A DNA stretch of 64,000 nt, from the NCBI RefSeq assembly GCF_006345805.1, contig NC_043012.1:23436001-23500000 (forward strand). The letters run 5' to 3'. The notes beneath the pieces are model-generated. The model was not told where the DNA came from. It worked only from the letters and a program-made list of their open reading frames with translations, and ran no database searches. The position numbers and the translations under genes are program-made. The stretch comes from Octopus sinensis. Its lineage: Eukaryota. Shown in pieces: positions 54,335 through 64,000 of this stretch (position 1 is its first letter; each line of letters starts with the position of its first letter).

Positions 54335-54733
54335 AGATTCTTTTCTACTCAAGGTACAAGGCCCGAAAGTTTTGGGAAGGTGGGGGGGGGCAGTCAATTA
54401 GATTGACCCCAGTATGCAACTGGTACTTAATTTATCCACCCTGAAAGGATGAAAGACAAAATCGACCTCAGTGGAATTTGAACTCAGACAGATGTAATAC
54501 CTATTTCTTTACTACCCACAAGGGTAGATAAACACAGAGGGGACAAACAAAGACAGACAAATGGATTAAGTCGATTACATCGACCCCAGTGCGTAACTGG
54601 TACTTAATTTATCGACCCCCGAAAGGATGAAAGGCAAAGTTGACTTTGGTGGAATTTGAACTCAGAATGTAACAGCAGACGGAATACCGCTAAGCGTTTC
54701 ACCCGGCATGCTAACGTTTCTGCCAGCTTGCTA
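54335..54733 (-). mobile_element. SINE family C joined to a second unit with the same core and a different tail
   Basis: Two successive CGACCCCAG...TGGTACTTAATTTATC...GAAAGGATGAAAG cores. Confidence 0.8.
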
Positions 54734-55597
54734 CTTTTAACAAGTATCAATACTGAAAAATGATGGGTGGAACCAATAAAAAAGTCGAGTTGTAAGTAAA
54801 ATAGACAACAATATATGTTGGTAACTGAAAGTGAGCTGTTGAAATGTATTGGCCAAAGTGGTTTCCTGAAAAATCCTTCTTCTAGAATGGTTTATTACTG
54901 ATGTAATCTCCACAGTAAGTCTAATTGACATGCTAGAATGGAATATGACATCTGCTCAGTTGTTTATTTGAAAACAGATTTATAGTTAAATCCATAAATA
55001 ATAGCATGTGAATAACTGGCATTGGTTATGGTGAGGCAGTCAATGGAACAGTCTGCTTGTGAAATCAACATGCAAGTGGTCGAGTACTCCACAGACATGT
55101 GTACCCTTTAATGTAGTTCTCAAAGAGATTCAGTAGGACGCAAAACATGACAAGGCTGGTGCAACTCACTTTTGCCAGCTGAGTGCACCGGAGCAACACA
55201 GAATCAAGTTACTCAAGGACTCAATGCGCTATCAGACTCAAACTTGACCGTACAATTGTGAGTGAAATACCCAAACCACTAAGACACACACCTCCACAAA
55301 GCATGCAGATGTCGGGTTTAAAAAGCCACTTAGATGGGAAAAGTGAACATCTGTCGTATTTACAGATATGGGTACACACCTCACAACAACCTTCAACTTT
55401 TTCAATCCAAGTGGAGGTTTTTTTAACACCAAAATTCATATGGTACTTTTTTTTAGCTGTTTCTACTCAAAGTTCCATATTAAAAATGATTTATTTCTTA
55501 TCTTTCAAAGTTTCTGATACCAGATGATGTAAATTTATAGTAACTTCAATTTGCACACAAACTTTACAGACACAGCCAGCCAACAAGCTGAACAGTT

Positions 55598-55822
55598 TTA
55601 GTCCTTTAGCTTTCAAACTTCTCTATCAAATGTAATGCTTATTTATTCTACCTGTTTTTAATTGATCATGCATTATCTCAAAGCTTCAAGATTTTGAAGA
55701 TGTGTTGTTTATTTTTAGAATGATATTGTAAGACATTGTGAGAGAATGGATATTGTAAGTTTGAACAGAACCAGATAGAATACTTGGGCCAGATATGAGT
55801 GAATTAAATGCTAAAAGATTAA
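55598..55822 (+). mobile_element. piggyBac-like MITE, diverged copy
   Basis: TTAGTCCTTTAGCT...TTAAATGCTAAAAGATTAA; internal homology to the other copies. Confidence 0.7.
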
Positions 55823-57126
55823 GGAACCATAAGTTCAAATGTATAATTGTAGAAAGTGACTTTAATGGTTATCTCAGTAACGATAAAGGATAAACCCCTT
55901 TCCAAGTCACATTGACTCATAAGGCTGGTTTCCCAATTTCTGTAGTAAATACACCCCCACCCCAAACAGAACACAGGTCCATTGCTAGGTTATTCATTTT
56001 TGCCAGCTGAGTGGACTGGAGCAACATGAAGTGTTTTGCTGAGGAACACAACACATTGCCTGCTAACCACTAAGTCACATGTGCTCTACTGTTAGCGCAG
56101 AGAGCACTATGAAAGATACAGAAAGATATTTGCAATCTATGATCATAGAACTATAAAAGAAGTGTATGCAGGTCTCTTTGAATTATTTAATACAAATAGT
56201 TTCCCTCATATGACACAAACTGTTGGAAATATTTAACCAGAATAATCATCAACCAGTCTAAAAATGGTCATAAATTGCCTATTTATAGTTAAGAAATAAA
56301 AAGAAAGTCAACATAGACAAATGGTGAGATAGAAGTGAATAGAGAAACAATAAAAAAAACAATTAAGAAAATAAATAAATAAAAAAGGTCAAAGATGTTG
56401 CAGCAATGACAAGATATCACACAAAACTAGGAAATGTTTTGTATAAAGATGGCGAATGATTGTATGGAAGATAGCTGAGATTTTGTAAAAGATAACTTTC
56501 AAAGTAGATGGAGGGTAGGGGACAACAATTTAGTCAATCTGCTAACATAATAATTGAACATCATCATTTAACATACATTTTCCATGCTGGCATGGGTTGG
56601 ACAGTTTGACAGGAACTGGCTGGCTGGAGAGCTGCACCAGGCTCCAGTTGTCCATTATAGTATGGTTTCAACAGCTGGATGCCCTTCTTAATGCCAACCA
56701 CTTTACAGAGTGTACTGGGTGATTTTTACATGGTACTGGCAGGGGTCCTTTGTACAGGGCACTGGCATGGGTGCATTTAATGTGGCCACATCATAGGCAC
56801 TTCTTATGTGACACTTGTACAGGTACATGCGACTGGCACAGGTGCTTTCCATGTGTCACCAGCACATACTTTTTTTTTTTACGTGACGTGGCATGGAGGC
56901 TTTCATTGACAATGAAGCAAATACAGAATAAAACAGTTTTAACATTGTTTGTTGCTATATTTCTTTTAAAATAAATGGCCAACGTTTAAATGACTTGTGT
57001 GTGTGTGTGTGTGTGTAAACATAGATGTAGCAGAGAAGTATCAGTTTAGGTTTAAAATGAAGAACTTATATATTAGAGTGGATTCAATAGATGGAAACTA
57101 AAAGAAACCTGTTGTGTGTGTGTGTG

Positions 57127-57158
<32 letters not shown>

Positions 57159-57898
57159 ATGTTACTCCCACCACTACTTGACAACTAGTGTTGGTGGGTT
57201 TATGTCCTTGCAACCTAGCAGTTTGGCAAAAGGTACTGATAGAGCATAAGCATCAGGCTTTAAAGAAGTCTGGGGTTGATTCCTTAGACTAAAATTCTTT
57301 GAAGCAGTGATGATTTAGTGGCATTCCTGTTCTTGACTGTTAACACATTCTTTGTTTTTCAGTTTTTAAAATAACAACCTGAATACAAGAATGATTTGAT
57401 AATAAGAAACGATGATTCTAAAGTTCTTTATCATATCTTCAATGACTTTGACAAAGAATATTGAAATAAAGATGAATTTGTTTATGTTATAAAGGTACAA
57501 ATAGAAGCATTATGTAGAAACTTATTTTCTGAAGCATCCGTTTTTGTTTATTACAGACGTTTGGTTCCAAAATGCCACTGAGTTAAATAAATTAGTGGTA
57601 AGTGGATAACAGAACACACGGATAAAATAGGTTTTATTCCAAGACCTCAAGTTATTCCAAGCACTGTGGATGGTTGTTTGGGTGAGGATTGGTGCTCCAA
57701 GCAGAATCCTTGATTAATTGCCAACCCAAGTTATTACAGATCAATTTGGGGTAAGTGTAACATGGTTCACAATTCAGCGTGCTATGTGATTCTGGATGAG
57801 TGACAAACGATGATATTAGACTAATTATCCTTGCCATCTTAAACAGTGAAATGTGAATTGTCTTAAATGCAGGAATCTTATATCTGAGACATACTTTC

Positions 57899-58250
57899 AA
57901 GGAAAACCTTCATAATATCAAAGACATATATAAGAAAACCTTCATAATATCAAAGACATATCTAAGAAAACCTTCATAATATCAAAGACATATCTAAGAC
58001 ATATCTAAGAAAACCTTCATAATATCAAAGACATATCTAAGAAAACCTTCATAGTATCCAAGACATATCTAAGAAAATCTTCATAATATCAAAGACATAT
58101 CTAAGAAAACCTTCATAATATCAAAGACATATCTAAGAAAACCTTCATAATATCAAAGACATATCTAAGAAAACCTTCATAATATCAAAGACACATCTAA
58201 GAAAACCTTCATAATATCAAAGACATATCTAAGAAAACCTGCATAATACA
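57899..58250. repeat. 32-bp minisatellite, about 11 copies
   Basis: Unit AAGAAAACCTTCATAATATCAAAGACATATCT, nearly homogeneous, with one internal partial duplication. Confidence 0.97.
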
Positions 58251-59149
58251 AAACAGATCATTTGGGAAATTCATAATATTGCCCAGTTCAATCAAATGCA
58301 GTAATCTGGATTTAATAGCTTAGAGAATGGTACTAATCTAAGGAGTGTAACTAACAACGACCTGCACAAGAGTTAGGCATTTGAATTATCATTTCAGTAC
58401 GAATACTGAAATAAATAATAAAAAATTAATGCATGTTGGGCTAATAATGGGTCAACACAGAACATTACAATGGCTGGCTGCTTGCAGATCATTGATTGAT
58501 CAAACCTGACTGAGATTATTCAAGAACAATATTTCCATAAAATCAGATTTATTTTTAATGTCATCTCATCAATCTCTTCAACTTTACACTTAAATTGTCT
58601 AAACTTATGATAAGCTGAATCTGAAAAGATTAAATATGATTGTAAACATTAATAAAAAATAAAGTAAAATAAAATAAAATAAACTAAAACCTTAGTAAAG
58701 CAGCTTTTATTTATATATCTCAACATTGAATATTGTCTAAATACTCGAGTTTGACAAATTCTTCCGAAATCTTGTATTACTTTTTGCAAATAAAAACAGT
58801 TTATATTTTCATCAGAAAATCTCCTTCAGACATGACAAATAATTGATTGTCTGGATTATAAAAACGAGGATGATTAAACAAGAATGGAACACTTTCAGCA
58901 AACTTAACCCAAAGGAATAAACTATAATACTTATTCCGTTTTGCATTCCTTTATATTTCCAGATGTATTTCACTACTAATGTATCTCTTCCTTAATCCCT
59001 TTTTTTTTTTTTGTCTTTCTGATTTGCTAAACATTTTAGTCAACTTCTTATTCTTTAGGAATGGTAGTCTTTATGACATAATCACATCTCTGCTCAGTGT
59101 ATTCATAATCAGAGAAGGCATAGAAGAAGGTAAAAAAACAAATGATGAT

Positions 59150-59322
59150 TAGAAAGAAGAAGAAGAAGAAGGAGGAGGAGGAGAATGAGTAGGAGGAGAG
59201 AATGAGTAGGAGAGAATGAGGAGGGGTGGGGGAGAAGGCGAAGGAGGGGTAGAAGGGGGGAAGAAGAAGGAGAAGGAGAAGAAGAAGAAGAAGAAGAAGA
59301 AGAAGAAGAAGAAGAAGAAGAG
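59150..59322. repeat. (GAA/GGA)n purine tract; another at 43303-43392
   Basis: Direct inspection. Confidence 0.95.
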
Positions 59323-60594
59323 AAAGGTTTTGCAAAGCTCTCGCTAGTCTTCTTTTCCTTCCTTCTGATAAGCAAGCCAAGTCAAGCATTGAAATTAATT
59401 ACCCATGTCAGTTTAAACAGCTGAATGGTTACAATGTTGGTCGAGTCATTAATGTAAGAATTTGATTTCACATAAATATTTCAGCAAACTTTCCCATCTT
59501 GGCTATTATTGACTTTTATTAAGGATTCTTCCTTTCATTTTAATTAAATAGCAGTTTACTTGTGAATGAAAAATTGACTTTACACATTTCCCAAACTACA
59601 GTTGAGCTTCAAATGTTATTAGGGGGGAAATAAATTCAATGTTTCACTAATTATTTACACTCGTTTAAAGTGGTGTTAAAGAATAATTGACTTTTCTCAG
59701 GGAACAGACGGTGAGATGATGTAAAATTGTGTTATGTTGACTAGCAAAAATTAAATTGCACACAAAAAAAAAAGAAGGCCAAAACAGAAAAATCAAAATG
59801 AAACAATACAAAGATTAGAAGAAAATGATGTTCACAAACACACAAATATAACATTTCCAAAGTAAATTCTGTAGACATAACTGTCAGATTTTGTTTTCTT
59901 TTCTATTATGTATATTTTCTTTACAGAAATGCACTTCTAAATGAAAATGCACCAAAAAATAATCAACATTACAAACCAAATAAGGATACACACACACACA
60001 CACACACACACACAAACCCAATCCAAAAGAGAAAAGCAATAACAATAATGATGCAAAACCTGTTTAAGTGTTTTAGGAATGAACTCTAATTAGCAATGAG
60101 TAGAGCTATTTCATTAAAACTAAATATTTTTCAAGTTTGATAATTCATGGCTAGATTGTCGAAAATGTCTTAGATAAATACACATAACCCCCCCCAAAAA
60201 AAAAACACACATACACACACACACTCACACACCAATATTTGTTACATTTCTATGAAATAAACCCACATTAGCCATTTGATAAAATGCAAGCCCCTGGGCC
60301 GAAAAAGTGTTTTGCTTACAACCCATCAGTAATCCACCAGTGCAGTAATTTCCAAATTGGGGTCTTACAGACTCCAGGGGTTCCATGAACTGTGTTGTGA
60401 TGTCTTCTTTGTTCTATATCCAATCATCTGATTGTGTTTATTTTATATATTAATAAATGCAGGCAATGCCAGGTACAAAAGCTAATATGTATACACAGAC
60501 ACACACAACATATCTGTATATTACTCATACATACACACCCTTGAACCCGTGAACAGAAACACAAGGTCATCTTGGTGAGCTTCCATATGTGTGC

Positions 60595-60635
<41 letters not shown>

Positions 60636-62264
60636 CATATAAAGTTCTTGGGTTCTACCAGTAAATTAAATGTCTACCGAAATTTAATTTTTTTTATGAA
60701 TATTCATATGGTAGAAAACCATTCACAGGTTCTGTTAAATATGATGAAATTAGTTCAGAATTTTATGTTCCATGAACAAAACTATGACTGCAATATGTGG
60801 GAAGGTGAAGCGTTCACCCCGATCTGTAAACTGAAATTATTATTTCTTAAATTAGTAGAACTCAACTTTAAAAGGGAGCAGATGGAAGGCAGCTAAAATA
60901 GTTGAATGCTAACAGTAAATTGTATTTTATTTTGAGCAAATTTTCATTTAACTCTGACTAAATTTTCTTTCAAAACATCTGGGCTTCTCACAACTCCAGT
61001 TTTCTAAAAATACTACCATTACAATTAAATTTTTCTATGGAAAATTGATTTGTCTTTTCTTTATTTTTTTGATCACAAAATTTTAATTTCTCTGCAATTC
61101 ATGAAATTTCATATAAGACAAAATTTTAATTTTTACCATATTTTAACAATATAAATAAATGAATAAATACAACAGATGAAAAACATGAAAAAGAATGTCC
61201 AGTCACCATTCTTGTGTAAACTGCTCGTTTATGACAGATATATGCCACAAGAAAACAGTATTGTTAAGAAGTTTGACAACAAGTTAATCCTGCACAGAAT
61301 ATGTTAAGATTAATATATAAAAAAGGAAAACAGATTAAATAACAAATATTCAACCAAAATAGAACCTAACAGAAGAGTAATGAGAAACATTGCATGCATT
61401 TATTCATGTTTTACATGTGTCAAGATAGACTTTGGTAAGCAGTTTACAAGTTTACACAAACACCTGCTCTACTTCAAAGAAATACATTTTTGCAGTTACT
61501 ATGTATAAATATATGTGTATGTGTGTGTGTGTCTTTGCATTACCCCCCACCCCATTGATTGAACAACTGGTGTTGGTTTATTTACATCCCCATCACTGAG
61601 CAGTTCAGAAACAGAGACCAAGAGAAAAAAGTACCAGACTTGAAAAAAAAAACATAACTACTAGGGTTCCTTTTTAAATAAGTCAAGTTGCTGCTCCAGC
61701 ATGGCTGCAGTTCTAATGACAGAAAGAAGTAGAAGACGAAAGATAAAGCAGATAAAACTCAAAATACAAAAAAAAGACATGCCTCCCGTTATGCACGATT
61801 CTGTGCCTTTCTTCCATTTAAAAAACCAGGAAAACAATCAAAAAATCTATGAATTGAAGGCAAAACAAAATCACTAACATAAAAGTAGAACAGTTAAGAA
61901 GTGAAGGAATTATTGTAGTCATCAACGTCTGCGATTACTCAAACCAACACTTTCCAATCTCCAGAATATGAAACTGTGAGACGTTATTATAGTAATTAAA
62001 AAAAAAGCCAATGAAAGTAACAACTCCGATACACATCTTTCTCTGCACCCCCATAAAAAAAAATTTTTTTAAATAAAACAAAAAAATAGAAGGAAAAAAA
62101 AAAATAACCGAAGATACTTGTGGCTGACATTATCACTGATACATTCTGATGGCAATGTGAATGCAGATTGCAATCAATCACCATAATATATGCAAATCTT
62201 ACACAGTCAATACATGACAGTAAATAAATAATTTACAAAAAAATAAATAAAAAAATAAATAAAT

Positions 62265-62546
62265 ATATTTTTTTTTTTAATTTTAAAATCCTTTTGTCTG
62301 AATAAAGCTTGAGGCGACTATAGTGTAAAGGACTACAAAGAAATAAGAAAAGGTAGCAACCGATTCTAAAGATGTGACAAAATGCTTAAAGGACTAAATA
62401 GTATAGTCGAGAGGAAAACAAGATAACGGTAGCGGGTTCCAGAGAACAGCAGTTTGAGGAGAGGAGCTTTGGAAATAAAAAGATTTATGATTAACAGGAA
62501 GCTGAACAGAAAGACAATGCACCTGGGAAGAGAAACGAGTGACATG
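62265..62546 (-). mobile_element. 3' fragment of an old CR1/L2/Crack-type LINE with poly(A)
   Basis: Minus strand HVTRFSSQVHCLSVQLPVNHKSFYFQSSSPQTAVLWNPLPLSCFPLDYTI*SFKHFV, then an A-rich tail; truncated at the MITE insertion. Confidence 0.7.
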
Positions 62547-62547
62547 A

Positions 62548-63429
62548 TTAACCCTGTAGCATCCAGATTACTCTGTCAAATGCAGTGCTTATTTATCCAT
62601 GTGGTTTCCAATTAATCATGCCTCATCTCACAGCTTCAAGATTTTGATGATGTGACTGTTTATATTTCAAATGACATTGTAAGAGGCTGGATATGGCTGG
62701 TTTGAACACAAAGCAGATAGAATATTTGGGCCAGATGTGGTCAGTATATTTCAAATGACATTGTAGGGTAGGTGTAAGAGGCTGGATATGGCTGGTTTGA
62801 ACACAAAGCAGATAGAATATTTGGGCCAGATGTGGTCAGTATATTTCAAATGACATTGTAGGGTAGGTGTAAGAGGCTGGATATGGCTGGTTTGAACATA
62901 AAGCAGATAGAATATTTGGGCCAGATGTAGTCAGTATATTTCAAATGACATTGGAGGGTAGGTGTAAGAGGCTGGATATGGCTGGTTTGAACATAAAGCA
63001 GATAGAATATTTGGGCCAGGTGTGGTCAGTATATTTCAAATGACATTGTAGGGTAGGTGTAAGAGGCTGGATGTGGCTGGTTTGAACATAAAGCAGATAG
63101 AATATTTGGGCCAGATGTGGTCAGTATATTTCAAATGACATTGTAGGGTAGGTGTAAGAGGCTGGATATGGCTGGTTTGAACATAAAGCAGATAGACTAT
63201 TTGGGCCAGATGTGGTCAGTATATTTCAAATGACATTGTAGGGTAGGTGTAAGAGGCTGGATATGGCTGGTTTGAACATAAAGCAGATGGAATATTTGGG
63301 CCAGATGTGGTCAGTATATTTCAAATGACATTGTAGGGTAGGTGTAAGAGGCTGGATATGGCTGGTTTGAACACAAAGCAGATAGAATATTTGGGCCAGA
63401 TGTGGTCAGTTTAAATGATAAAAAGTCAA
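62548..63429 (+). mobile_element. piggyBac-like MITE (TTAA/CCCT-type end) with an internal segment tandemly amplified
   Basis: Starts TTAACCCTGTAGCATCCAGATTACTCTGTCAAATG and is homologous to the about 225-bp copies at 37593 and 55598; degenerate right end TTAAATGATAAAAAGTCAA. Confidence 0.8.
62661..63409 (+). repeat. 95-bp tandem array (one 84-bp unit plus seven 95-bp units)
   Basis: Units start at 62661, 62745, 62840, 62935, 63030, 63125, 63220 and 63315 and differ by only a few substitutions. Confidence 0.97.
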
Positions 63430-63769
63430 AGATCTTGACCGAGAGTACTAGACCAGAAAGTTTGTCAGAGCAATGAACATGGAAATACTTATAAAGAGAC
63501 ATCAAAGACACAAATTTGAGGATGAGTCAATGATTCCAACCCAGAAGAAAGGAGGAGACCCACCATGTTAACAATTTGCTTCTGAACTGGATCAAGTAAA
63601 TTAGGATATTCAGAGAACTTTACTGGGATGGTCACCGGCAAAGTGAAATTTGCTCAGTTTCTATGGATTTTCAATTATCCTACAGCAATCAAATGCAATC
63701 CTTTATTTCAAAACAAAGATGTACTTAATGCAGTGTGCAGATAAATACCAGCATTGACACAAACATATC

Positions 63770-63872
63770 TCTTTTTTTTCGGTCTCTTTTGCCGAACCGC
63801 TAAGTAATGGGGACATAAACACACCAGCATCGGTTGTCAAGCGACGTTGGGGAGACAAACACAGACACACAA

Positions 63873-63909
<37 letters not shown>

Positions 63910-64000
63910 CGACGGGCTTCTTTCAGTTTCTGTCTACCAAATCCACTCACAAGGCTTTGGTCGGCCCGAGGCTATAGTAGAAGACACTTGCCCAAGGTGC
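63770..64000 (-). mobile_element. SINE family A, cut by the window edge
   Basis: GCCGAACCGCTAAG...AGGCTTTGGTCGGCCCGAGGCTATAGTAGAAGACACTTGCCCAAGG. Confidence 0.9.

Noticed and set aside
57558-57575. VWFQNA, resembling homeodomain helix 3
   Set aside because: It is followed by TELNKLV rather than basic RAK/RRxK residues, and no helix 1-2 frame lies upstream.
57899-58250. 32-bp and 95-bp arrays as possible CRISPR arrays
   Set aside because: Head-to-tail repeats with no unique spacers, in eukaryotic DNA without cas genes.

Overview
AT-rich, repeat-dense animal genomic DNA, most likely Octopus. That is inferred from tRNA-derived SINE families that match, from memory, octopus OK/OR-type repeats; I did not run a database search. 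Nearly all ORFs in the track are artefacts of (TA)n/(CA)n microsatellites or SINEs. One host exon is well supported: a 147-nt minus-strand exon (44896-45042) of WDR4/Trm82, the non-catalytic subunit of the tRNA m7G46 methyltransferase. The main feature is an apparently full-length CR1-group LINE (about 48073-52700, + strand). Its ORF1 has an N-terminal trihelix Myb/SANT-like domain, a polyQ/Pro-Ser linker and two CCCH zinc fingers. ORF1 overlaps ORF2 (APE endonuclease + RT) in the -1 frame across a U_UUU_UUA heptamer inside a hairpin, with no in-frame AUG before the first endonuclease motif. Every break I traced in ORF2 is a 1-2 nt contraction of a short homopolymer, with no nonsense substitutions, so the copy may be intact and the breaks may be long-read errors. 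Also present: two decayed Tc1/mariner elements, piggyBac-like MITEs (one expanding into a 95-bp satellite), a MITE with a 7-bp TSD and internal TTAGGG repeats, Penelope-type ends with a hammerhead-like motif, fragments of three other LINE types, a 32-bp minisatellite and a ~740-bp tandem duplication.
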